The notes beneath the pieces were generated by a model, which was not told the origin of the DNA, made no database searches, and was given only the letters and a program-made list of their open reading frames with translations. 64,000 bases of DNA from Laetmonice hystrix (taxonomy: Eukaryota). How positions within the stretch are numbered: position 1 is the first letter of the stretch; each line of letters starts with the position of its first letter. The stretch spans positions 2,542,001 to 2,606,000 of the forward strand of contig OZ249447.1 in NCBI GenBank assembly GCA_965235115.1, given 5' to 3'. Shown here piece by piece: positions 12,191 through 64,000 of this stretch. A program made the translations under genes and the position numbers.

Positions 12191-12504
12191 TTCACAAGCA
12201 CGCAGTGAGCAGACGGCTAGAGCCACTGCGGCAGGCAAGCAGCGCTTTACGTAAAGAGCCCGTAGTAGTGGCAGCCGAGCCGAGCCAACCCACCCACCCG
12301 CCTGCTCTACACCACCTCTATAACAACCCACAGGGTTACCAGAGCCATCACTTCATCCTTGGTGTCTCACACGCACACATACACACGCACCCACGCACGG
12401 AACTCAAAGATGACCTGGCCACGGAACTGACAACATCTAGGCCATCTCTCATATATATATATTGGAACTACCTTCACTGGCTACACTTGTGTTGAACGCA
12501 TAAG
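12184..12504 (+). other. GATA1/2/3: Candidate proximal non-coding first exon (start approximate)
   Basis: Follows a CCAAT/GC-box cluster; Inr-like CTCACT at 12181; donor AAG|GTGGGT at 12504/12505; one short uORF at 12410. Confidence 0.55.
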
Positions 12505-13135
12505 GTGGGTTTTTTTTACCAATATTATCCGACTACTGCTGTACCGGGGGTCCGTACCGGGCCGTGATGGACCAGGGGCCCGGGCCGTGATGGACCAGGG
12601 GCCCCGGCCGATGACAGACACCCCGGCCGGTCACCGTGTCGGGGGAGGAGGACACCGCAACCCGGAGTTACCCGTGACTAAAACCTCCGCCATCGGTCTG
12701 ATACCATCAGGGTGAACACCCCTCACCCCGGCCACAACCCCGGCCACAACCCCCGGCCTACCTCACGTTATAGCCGGCCACCATTTGTTTAACGGGACAG
12801 AATCTTATCAACGCCTTTATCATATCGACCACCGACCTCTGGGTGATCTTCATCAACTTGATGGGTTTAAATACGGCCACCCGGGCCACCGCTCGCACTG
12901 CTCAGATACAATTGGAGTTGTGTGAAGCGATTCGCGGGGAGGGTTCGAAGGGTTGAAAGGTTGAAGGGGAAGGGTAGATCTGGATAGACTTGAGCCATCT
13001 TTTTTTTCGCTTTTTTTTTCGCTTGTAATTGAACAGTGACACACATCTGTACCCTTGGGAACCTACCTATGATATCCCCCGTTTTTTATACTCAATAATT
13101 CCTATTGTCTGATTGTAATTTTGTTCTTGTTCCAG

Positions 13136-13565
13136 GTTACCACGAGTAGAGACCAGACGTATAGCTGATCACGATCACGATTACGATTACCTGCCGAACG
13201 CTATCACGTGATCTATAACTCACACCTGTATCAGGATTAACCGTTATCAGCACGGAGTACGGATTATCTTAGACTCATCTGGACTACCTCCACCAGCTCA
13301 ATCGGTGCCGTTTCTTGCAAACCTAGAGTGTCTGTAACTGCGAGGATACTAATTACGTGACACTGGGACTAACGGGACAGTGACGCTGGGACAGTGCCAC
13401 CAGCCCCCAGTACACCCCGTACCCCGGACCCTGTCAGACGTGGGCCGACCACACTAACCCCAGCGTTCTGTGTGCGCGTTCCTGGACGGACTTACGCTGC
13501 TGTATTGGAGATCACAGTAATCTAAAACATTATTTATAATCTCTTTGTGCGATCACACACACTGA
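13136..13565 (+). other. GATA1/2/3: 5' UTR part of first coding exon
   Basis: Strong acceptor attttgttcttgttccag| at 13135/13136; no ATG in the 430 nt before the start codon. Confidence 0.75.
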
Positions 13566-53976
<40,411 letters not shown>

Positions 53977-56530
53977 GAGTGACGTCACGTCACACAGTCA
54001 CGTGAGCCTGCAGCCCCGCCAGGGTGCGCTGCTGTCAACTATCTACGTCACGAACAGAGAGAGCTATACGATTGCTATAATGCCGATGCGGTTACCGTGT
54101 AACCGACATCAGGACAATATTTATGAGAATGCCTGTGCACAAGACTGTTGGTCGACTGGGTAGACCGTATGTGAATGCACAGCCGTGTTCAACACGCTCT
54201 CGTATCATGAACGTTCAGAGTTGTTCAAAGTGGAAAGGACGGAGGGAAGGTATGGGGAGTGTCCTGTCGGGAGGTTTCCCCTCATCTCTTGTTATTATTA
54301 TTATTATTGACTAGTATTTTCAATTTATAATGAATGTGAAAAGATGTATCGATATTGATATTAATATATATGGTGAACTGGAGGCGGATGTTGTCATAGA
54401 AACGCTTATAATGATGGACGGCAGCAGGACATGGCTCCACGCGGGACACGCCATTTATAAACATGCACAGTTTCCTTGGTGAAGAACGCCAGGTAAAAAC
54501 AACTTGTACATATAACGAGTGTCGGCCATGCCATGAAGAGGGAGGTTGGGAGACTGGCAGGCTGTGAGTGTATACATGAGGCAGCACACAGTGAGAGGAT
54601 AGAAGAAACACGCCACTGTTACCCATTCTAACGCAGAGATGTGAACTTTGCTCCCAACTTCCTTTATCAACTGGTTATGCGGGCCCGGTGAAAAGTGAAA
54701 CAGCCAATGGCAGGGCGGGAAGGCCTCCAGCCCGGGGCTGCTGGCATTGTCCCTGCTCTGGCAGTGTGTATTTAAACTGCCAATTAGAATTGGCCGTGCC
54801 CGCGGGACATGGTATAGAGGGTCGGTGGAGCCGACTTGTGTGCCCTGTCTTGTTGGTCTCCGCGCATCGGCGACAACAGCTCGCTGTAGGCTACCTCATA
54901 CTGCCCACATGGACAAACAAGGGGGTCTGGTCGTCACCACAAACTTACAGTACTCTTACAGTAACATGGAAACGGACCGAACAACCCCCCGCATTGGTTA
55001 GATGACAACAAAAATGTACAGAATAGTGTTTAATTAAATTGGTTCTAATTAAAGGTGATCTCAGTGACTGATAATGTTTACACCGCGTGAGAGCGAACAG
55101 GACGTAGTCTTGTGAGGTCTACAAGACGCAGCCGCCATATTGTAGCTATGGAAACCGGTCTAGGCCTCCCAGGTATGGCTACCAGCACTCGCAGAGACTA
55201 CAACATGGACAATAAGGACGTACATACAAGGCCTGATCTTGTAATAGGGCCCACTCAACATTGTTGACCTACTTAGTGACGAACAATTGCCCCCATCCTT
55301 TAATTCTTCCACATACAGTGTACAGGTCGACGTCATTGTGACGTCAGACCGGAAGCGGAAGTAGGAGAGGTCAGGGAGTCTCGCGAGACGAGGTTACGAA
55401 GGTGACGCCGGGGCAGCGATATATTGTGGACGATAATGAGACGACAGTCTGTGTTATTCTGTGTACGCATAATGGACCCCCCTGTTGCATATACTAGCCG
55501 CGGTGTTGTGTCAGATTGTGGCGGAGTCTAGCCTCTAGTGCTAGTCCCGGTACGTAGTAGGCCTATAATCAGTCTCATCTTGGCCGTATTCATATACAAT
55601 CCAGCAGCGCTGAACGCTACATGTAGAATCCAGTGCTAATATCCAACAGGCAACCCCACAGACACAGTCAATATAGCATGATGAAAACAGGAAACCTTTC
55701 AATTGTACAGAGATATTGCACCCTGATATTATCGTGGGAGATATGTCATAGTCCTAGACAATTAATACAAACGGACCACTGTTTCCTCCTAATAATAAGG
55801 TAGCTAACCTAGATTGAGGTAGAAAATCGATAGAAAATAAGGTCAACCAACCGAATGTGGCGAACAAGGTTCATGCCTAGTCAATATAGTTTTCTCTGGC
55901 AGTGACTGTGTCTGTGTGTGGAAACTCCTGGCTGGTGGTAGTATTCGTCCGTCGATCCTGGTCGTTGTACTATGGTATGTGAGGTATCTGTTTAGCGGAG
56001 TCTTCCACGTTTTATAATAAATATCGTCTACTATAAACTAATGTGTGGGCAGTCCCCCACCTTATATGACGGTCATTTTATCAAACAACTCATTTTCTCC
56101 CGAATTTGTCTTGTTTCCAGTCAGTTTACTTAATAATAATTATCATTGCTTCGGGCCGCCTTCCACAAGTATGTCGACGGTTTTATCTGATTGATCCAAG
56201 ACTTAATCATTGTAGAGATCCTGGATTATTGATTATTGATCCATTTATTTATTTGCTATAATTTGCCTCATTAATGTCATTTGAGGGCATCATTTCACTC
56301 TGCGAGTATGCAGCAACATTCCGTTTTCCTAGCCTCGATTTCGCTTACAGTTGGTCACGTGCCGATGGGTTCTCCTTACTGCTCTTGTTTACGTCCAGTG
56401 CATACGTTGACTTTACGGGGAATGGACGTCACTTTATTTAAGTATTGTATTTAACATATCATACTTTCAATTGTTCATATGTTGTAAAACGTTTCAAATG
56501 TGAAATAAAAAGAGAACTGCTACAGGAAAG
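53977..56530 (+). other. GATA1/2/3: Probable 3' UTR (end uncertain)
   Basis: AATAAA at 56016, 56504, 56729 and 57181; AU-rich run-up to 56504; ARE-like TTATTTATT at 56245. Confidence 0.5.
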
Positions 56531-58047
56531 CTGCGATTATGTTATGATATAACCTTATACATAGCTGAAAGGGCCTACGTATACGCTTATATAGTAGAGT
56601 CCCCTTCCACGAAAATTCCCTGCGGTGAAATCTCTCTCCCTCTCAAATTGTCCAGTAGGCCGCTGTCCTTTGTGAAATATCTTAATTCAAATATAAAGTG
56701 TTCTTTCCTTTTGGTCCGGTAGTGTTAAAATAAAATGATTTTAAAAGGTGTTAAATGAGAGGGAAAATCGTGTTTATGCCACATATTGTACCTCAGTACC
56801 GAAGTTGGGTCCCCGACCGCCTTATTTTCCACCGCAATTGAAACATCTCAAACCGATATATGACAGGCTACCGCTTCAAAGACCAGGCGAGAACTAGGCC
56901 TAGCGGCCGCACCGTTTCACCAAGGGCACATCCCGTCATTTTATAGCTGCTGCCACGGACCAGCCTTTTGTATGGGGCCCTGATTACTAGTCGGAGGAGC
57001 AGAGGAAGGTGTGGTATTCGGTGCTTTTATTCATCGCGCTCAATTTAACCTTCTCCAGGTGAATTGGCATCCTCCTGACGCCGTCTGAGCCGGCCGGGCT
57101 ATAGGCGTCAGTAGGCGTCAGCCTGGCGCCGTAGCGCCCGGTGACGTGAGGTCCCGCAGCAAGCACACCGACTCACGACTAATAAACATGTTCATTGCAC
57201 GTAAGCACAGGTTGCTGACGGGTCGGTGGCTTCCCGCGCTCGCTGATTTCAGGACAGTGTCGTCTGCTGGGCCCGTGACGTGCCTAATGCGCGTCTCTGT
57301 AAACGATTGAGCAGCTTAAAGTGGACAGGGGGGATATTAATTCACATCGCAACTGTCGCAAGAAGATTTCCTCCCTATCCAGAGCCGATGGGTGAACGTT
57401 CCCACGGGTAGACCAAAGAGATGAATCTTCAAGCGGCTCACGAAACGACCTTAACTCGCAGGAAATTACGACGCATTTGTGAAAGTCCATTATTATAATA
57501 TCCAATATTAGTCTTTTCTGCGTCAATGGCCAAGTGAATTAGAGGCGACTCTTTTCGCCGGAAGGGGTTAAAAGTCCACTAGTGTCTCTTCAAATGCCTC
57601 AACGTTTGACCCCTGCATTCGACTGCTCAGCTTTTATATAGCCAGATGACAGAAGACACCCTCTGCCCATTTCTTTTTCCAAATTATGAATTACTGAGAT
57701 AGCTCTTCCCAGTGGTATTTGAGAACCTAATCCTAAGCTGAGATAGCTCTTCCCAGTGGTATTTGAGAACCTAATCATAAGCGGTTGAAGATGTCCAGAA
57801 AGTTTTGAATGTTAAATTTCATGTTGAAAACACCAATGTTTTCCACCCATTATAGTTAGTTCTAGGTCTCTATACATCCTCTTTCTAAGGGACCTTTTAC
57901 GACATCGAGACAAATCTCGGCAATATGTCAGTTCTGGATCCTGAATTATTTCTGTGAGGTTACCCTGGGGTGAAGGATGTAAGATAATGCTATCATACAT
58001 TTTCTATAAAATAATTATGATAAAAGTTTCCGTCAGCTATCCAAACA

Positions 58048-58245
58048 TACTGTAAATCACTTTAATTTGACGCGATTAAAATGTCGCGTTTTTTTCACTT
58101 TGGGCTGGTTCGGCGTTTCTTAAATTGGCGTTTAGGAGAATCCGCCACGCCGTGACTTGAGTTCATTTGGCGTTTCTTGATGTGGCGTTTTTTTAAACGC
58201 GAAAATCGCGAAATTAAAACACAGGCGAAATATACCAGAAAGGTA
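58048..58245. mobile_element. Probable degenerate MITE / non-autonomous DNA transposon
   Basis: Left end TACTGTAAATCACTTTAATTTGACGCGATT and right end CGCGAAAATCGCGAAATTAAA form an imperfect terminal inverted repeat. Confidence 0.45.
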
Positions 58246-58530
58246 GGACAGAAGACACGCTGTTCAAAATGGTCATTTCATCTTAGGATTCACGAGAATA
58301 TCTTTGCTTTTCACAAAGCCAACTATGACTTTCTCGTATAGCCGTGGTGTGTTTTTATTACCAACACTCTATCATAGAGAACGCGGTCTGTACTTGTGTT
58401 CTGTGGTCATGTCGTAATCTCGCCCGTCCACGCAGTCCGCGAGAACTGATAACCTTGCTGTAATCCTGAACGGACACTAGGTGGCGCGCAGTGTAAGTGG
58501 ATCACTGCCTGAGAAGGAGAATGGGTGGCC

Positions 58531-58828
58531 TCGATCGAGTGAACTATCCCGGGACCAGGTACACTCGTCGATCGAGTGAACTGTCCCGGGACCAGGTACA
58601 CCCGTCGATCGAGTGAACTGTCCCGGGACCAGGCACACCCGTCGATCGAGTGAACTGTCCCGGGACCAGGTACACCCGTCGATCGAGTGAACTGTCCCGG
58701 GACCAGGTACACCCGTCGATCGAGTAAACTGTCCCGGGACCAGGCACACCCGTCGATCGAGTGAACTGTCCCGGGACCAGGCACACCCGTCGATCGAGTG
58801 AACTGTCCCGGGACCAGGCACACCCGTC
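58531..58828. repeat. 37-bp tandem repeat x8 with two palindromes per unit
   Basis: TCGATCGAGTGAACTGTCCCGGGACCAGG(C/T)ACACCCG; palindromes TCGATCGA and GTCCCGGGAC. Confidence 0.97.
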
Positions 58829-61319
58829 ACCTCCGCATACGACGAGAACAATATACGGGAGGGGGCGGTTATAGCCGTAAAGAAAACCAAAACCTAGGCA
58901 TGAATTATTCTATTAAAAGGTCATGGGAGTCTTCATGCCTTGTGCAGTTTTTATAGGTGTACAGACATATCACAGTTTCCATAGAAGATCCATCACCAAA
59001 GATTTATCCTGACAGCTAAATTATAAGCTGTCAACCATGGAAAACTGGAAACTGCATGAATAACAATATGTGTGGCTTCATTGTCACCCACATGGATACG
59101 ATATAGCTGTGAATAACTGAAAGAACCCTTCATGACGAGATGATACCGTATGATACGTTAACATTTCCAAACACAAACGTAAGCAACAATGGAACCAAAA
59201 CATAAAGGGGTAATAAATCAACGTACAGGTGCTATTGTTTGGGGTTATACGGTACACGAGTCAAACGAAATAATACACCGAGTGCAAATCACGATTTATG
59301 GCACTCTCCCTGCAAACTCCAACCAAACAGTCTACTCTGTGCTCTAACAGAGCAGAAAGTAAATTGTTTACAATATTAAAGGATATTGCATGATGGCGCG
59401 AGATCGAGGTGGTTTTATGCCGTGATATTACTTTCGAGACAATCATAGAAATGGACTGAGATTTATTAAATGTTTTATTTTTATTTTTTTAAGGTGATTC
59501 GCCAATTGAGTTACTAGGCTTTGGCTTTGCAATATGAAAATACTGACCGACTTACTAGGTTTTGTCATGAGAATTGTAACAAAGTGAATGGGAGATTTTA
59601 TAGTGATTAATTCATAATATTGACCTCATTCGTCGGGACCTCGTGTCGTTTATGACATATTCCATTTAACACACTAACAGTGCATTATACTTTAAAAATG
59701 TAAATTTTAACAGGGCATAATATACATAGCGCTGACAACGTGTGCTAATACATTGTATATATTGCACGTTAGATTCGGCATCTAATCTATTTACAGGCAT
59801 ACACAATGACATACGGTTTGGTTTTTATTCCACACCTATACTGTATATTCTGTGATCTCCTTATATAGCATAGAATTATTTCATATACGGTCCTTTAGAT
59901 TTCATCCCACGCCAGTATTCTTAGTTAGAATTGTATAAGAGAATGTACACATATTCTCAGCTCCCATTACGCCACAGAACATTGGTATTGCTATTATATG
60001 GGTCATTATATACCAAGTATATAATTAGAGGTTATTAAATGATATATCTGGGCTGGAAGTGACCCAAATGTCAAAGAGAAGCTTCCTGTGTAATACAACG
60101 GGAGTGTGGGATACTTACGAGTAATATATGTCAGGGGGTCCTGCAGGCTCGTTTCTTTCTTTTTGTATTTGTTTGGGTGGGGCAGAATTTCCTGGCTATA
60201 TTTTTCCAGAAACCCTGCCTCTGTATGCCAACATATACCTCCGTGTGCATGCACACATGCATGCTGCATGTGTATAGAGAATATGTGTTGAAGGAGAAGA
60301 CGTACGTACGAGCCTGGCAGATTAAGTGTGGTCTTGTCTCCAGAAAGTCTCCCTGTCATTGAGAAAAAAAACATCGTCAGCAGATCTAATCGAAACAAAC
60401 CTAGTCAGATGTGGCGATCTAGGTATTTCTTCTCATGCTATTTTTGTGTACGCGTTGGCCCTGAATACAACACCACCGAAACGATCTAAAGTAACGTCAG
60501 GAGATGATGTCATATACATAGATTACCCATAAAACCCCCAGTATATCCATCCATGCACATACTAATGGCATACCAGTCATTTCTATTGTAATGATGTATG
60601 CCACCTGCTATCTTCATTGTAAAGGTTGTAAATAAATTCATAGATATTTGATAAGCCCGAACCAAGCGGTGACGTAAGCTCATCATTTGATGGAATTTGA
60701 TTGTGCTTAAGGAGAAGGGGGAGGGGTGTATCTAGGCAAAAAATACACAATCAGAAGTATATCTCCTGGACCCTCTCGATCCCTCCACACCCTTCCCCCT
60801 TCCGTTATGAAATAAGCTAGCCCGTAACAGGGGAAAAAATTTGAAAAGATAAAAAAGAACAAAAAAATGGAGTTCATTTCAGATTGGCGTCGCTGGGGCT
60901 GAGCGTAGTTAATTTTGAAAGTGGGGTGGACGCGGACATCAAAGGGAGACGCCGCCGCAGCCGCTGGTGACGTTCTGTGGCAGGGTCCGTTCAGTGACAG
61001 CACAGCCGTCGTCAGTGCCTCTTAACTCGCTGCAAATTTCGACCCGTCTTAAAGAGGTGCCATCATTGACTTTTGTATGCACTAATAAACGCCCTAATTG
61101 TGGGCCACTGTATGGCTGGTGGCTTGGTGTTGTCTTTGATGTGCCCCAGCGGAGCCCCTACAGATTATTTCTTTCCCATGGTCGGAAGGTCTCGTTAGGG
61201 GTCATTACTGACCATGATAACTGTCCGCAGCAGACGTCAAAATATCCTCCGATGTGTATCGGCCACGCCGGCTACCTGAATATACACCCTGTTTGAGAAC
61301 AACGGAAGGAACCCCCTCC

Positions 61320-61382
61320 CGGCTGGCACCCCCTCCCGGCTGGCACCCCCTCCCGGCTGGCACCCCTCCCGGCTGGCACCCC
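61320..61382. repeat. About 17-bp repeat, about 4 copies
   Basis: CCCCCTCCCGGCTGGCA. Confidence 0.88.
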
Positions 61383-61759
61383 ATGATAACATATCCACCA
61401 AATTTGGGAGAAAGAACTAAAGTATTTTCATAATTTCTATTCCCAACCTACCCCCAACCTACCCCTATGGCCACCCCAATTTCCTAACCCCGGCTCAATG
61501 GTCTCCCCATAATTTCATGAGGAAGTCACCATGGGGACACACCCCCCTCCCGTCTCCTGTCTTCCCATGTACTGTAGCTTACTCATGTTTAGAACCAACT
61601 CGTTGATAGAACCAAACTCTCTGTGTAGGGGAGGGGGTAGTTTATAGTGGAACCCTGCTATGGGCTCATGTTGGCCGGCTTCATGCCAACTCAAGTCACA
61701 AGGTGCAACGTTAACCTGAGCACAGGACGTCAACGTTACACCGTGTACACGAATCTTAC

Positions 61760-63112
61760 GCCGTGTAAAAAAACGTGTAAGTAAAGCCTGGGCGCTCGTC
61801 GTCTATATGAACTGTACTCCGTCTACACACGGGCCGTGTAAGTAAAGCCTGGGCGCTCGTCGTCTATATGAGCTGTATAGTCTACACACGAGCCGTGTAA
61901 GTAAAGCCTGGGCGCTCGTCGTCTATATCAGCTGTATAGTCTACACACGAGCCGTGTAAGTAAAGCCTGGGCGCTCGTCGTCTATATCAGCTGTACTACC
62001 GTCTACACACGAGCCGTGTAAGTAAAGCCTGGGCACTCGTCGTCTATATGAGCTGTACTACCGTCTACACACGAGCCGTGTAAGTAAAGCCTGGGCGCTC
62101 GTCGTCTATATGAGCTGTATAGTCTACACACGAGCCGTGTAAGTAAAGCCTGGGCACTCGTCGTCTATATGAGCTGTACTACCGTCTACACACGAGCCGT
62201 GTAAGTAAAGCCTGGACGCTCGTCGTCTATATGAGCTGTACTACCGTCTACACACGAGCCGTGTAAGTAAAGCCTGGGCGCTCGTCGTCTATATGAGCTG
62301 TACTACCGTCTACACACGGGCCGTGTAAGTAAAGCCTGGGTGCTCGTCGTCTATATGAGCTGTACTACCGTCTACACACGAGCCGTGTAAGTAAAGCCCG
62401 GGCGCTCGTCGTCTGAGCTGTACTACCGTCTACACACGGGCCGTGTAAGTAAAGCCTGGGCGCTTGTCGTCTGAGCTGTACTACCGTCTACACACGAGCC
62501 GTGTAAGTAAAGCCTGGGCGCTCGTCGTCTATATGAGCTGTACTACCGTCTACACACGGGCCGTGTAAGTAAAGCCTGGGCGCTCGTCGTCTATATGAGC
62601 TGTACTACCGTCTACACACGGGCCGTGTAAGTAAAGCCTGGGCGCTGGTCGTCTATATGAGCTGTACAGTCTACACACGGGCCGTGTAAGTAAAGCCTGG
62701 GCGCTCGTCGTCTATATGAGCTGTACTACCGTCTACACACGAGCCGTGTAAGTAAAGCCTGGGCGCTCGTCGTCTATATGAGCTGTACTACCGTCTACAC
62801 ACGAGCCGTGTAAGTAAAGCCTGGGCGCTCGTCGTCTATATGAGCTGTACTACCGTCTACACACGAGCCGTGTAAGTAAAGCCTGGGCACTCATCGTCTA
62901 TATGAGCTGTACTACCGTCTACACACGAGCCGTGTAAGTAAAGCCTGGGCGCTCATCGTCTGAGCTGTACTACCGTCTACACACGAGCCGTGTAAGTAAA
63001 GCCTGGGCGCTCATCGTCTGAGCTGTACTACCGTCTACACACGAGCCGTGTAAGTAAAGCCTGGGCGCTCATCGTCTATATGAGCTGTACTACCGTCTAC
63101 ACACGAGCCGTG
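61760..63112. repeat. 58-62 bp tandem array, about 22 copies
   Basis: GCCGTGTAAGTAAAGCCTGGGCGCTCGTCGTCTATATGAGCTGTACTACCGTCTACACACGA with 4-bp deletion variants. Confidence 0.98.
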
Positions 63113-63639
63113 AACTCTGAGAGAATCTCGACACAGTTGCTTACAAGAGCGTGCCAAGAACAACACGTCTCAGGGTCCGGGGAGTGGGAGTCCCGCCGCT
63201 GGCCGTCTGACCCACTGCCCGGTGGCTGATCTGCTTTCAGCTAACCACTCGCCGCCAGCATTCCCCTTCATGTTTTCATAATCTCCTCTTTCTTACCGAC
63301 TCTTTCTCAGCCAGAGATGGATCCACAAAATCTTAACGGGCCAACAAAAACGATCCTCGCCTCTGAAGGGCGTACGAGCCGCGATCGGTGCGCCAAAGGA
63401 AAATTGGTCACTTGGTCACGCAAAGCGTGGATTACTCGGTAATAAATCACAGCGGGTGTTTACAATGCGGTGTAGGGCAAATATCTGGGCCTCGTCTTAT
63501 GGCGGGAAAGGGGAAGTCGCCTTTAATAAGGTTGGAGTGTTGTAGGTGTGTTAATGTTGCTAGATATGTAACATGCATGCGTGTGCCTGCACGCAGGGGT
63601 GACCTTCTAGATATGCACGTGGGTGTAGGTGTATTAAAT

Positions 63640-63950
63640 ATAGGTTCACTGTCCATATCTATATATGTGTAGGGGTATTAAATGTATCAAGGTGCACTGT
63701 CCATACAGCTATGTGTAGGTATATTAATGTATCTATAGGTGCACTGTCCATACAGCTATATGTAGGTATATTAAATCAACGATGATTAAAATGTATCTAG
63801 GTGCACTGTCCATACAGCTATGTGTAGGTGTATTAAATATATCTAGGTGCACTGTCCATACAGCTATGTGTAGGTATATTAAATATATACCTAAATGCAC
63901 TGCCCATACAGCTATGTGTAGGTATCTAGGTGCACTGTCCATACAGCTAT
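63640..63950. repeat. Degenerate about 50-bp repeat
   Basis: Recurrent AGGTGCACTGTCCATACAGCTATGTGTAGGTATATTAAAT. Confidence 0.88.
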
Positions 63951-64000
63951 TTTAATTGAGCAAAGAGCAGAGAGTCAAAAGCTGAAGGCATTGCATTAAG

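Noticed and set aside
58407-58890. ORFs of about 138 aa
   Set aside because: Translations of the 37-bp array cycling through frames.

Overview
Eukaryotic (animal, probably lophotrochozoan invertebrate; taxon is inference) genomic DNA holding one complete protein-coding gene on the + strand: a two-finger GATA transcription factor of the GATA1/2/3 class. It has five coding exons (13566-13785, 20835-21359, 30692-30837, 36408-36533, 53524-53976; 1470 nt, 489 aa), all with GT-AG junctions and matching phases. The ZF2 exon (36408-36533) is missing from the ORF track. Upstream are two candidate promoters, each with a candidate non-coding first exon: distal at about 3.2-3.9 kb and proximal at about 11.85-12.5 kb. 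A 3' UTR of about 2-2.8 kb follows the stop codon. The rest is intron or intergenic DNA with more than 25 tandem arrays, a tRNA-Asn-like SINE head, a probable MITE and a few decayed ORF-like patches; most long ORFs in the track are artefacts of these repeats. I found no clearly new molecular system. The best leads are regulatory: a candidate alternative first coding exon giving an N-terminally shortened (GATA1s-like) isoform, tandem repeats that multiply GATA sites around the GATA gene, alternative acceptors at the N-finger exon, CRE palindromes seen only in exons, a promoter-like motif cluster in the 3' UTR, and CTCF-like motifs across the locus. All counts come from manual reading and all motif calls are unvalidated.
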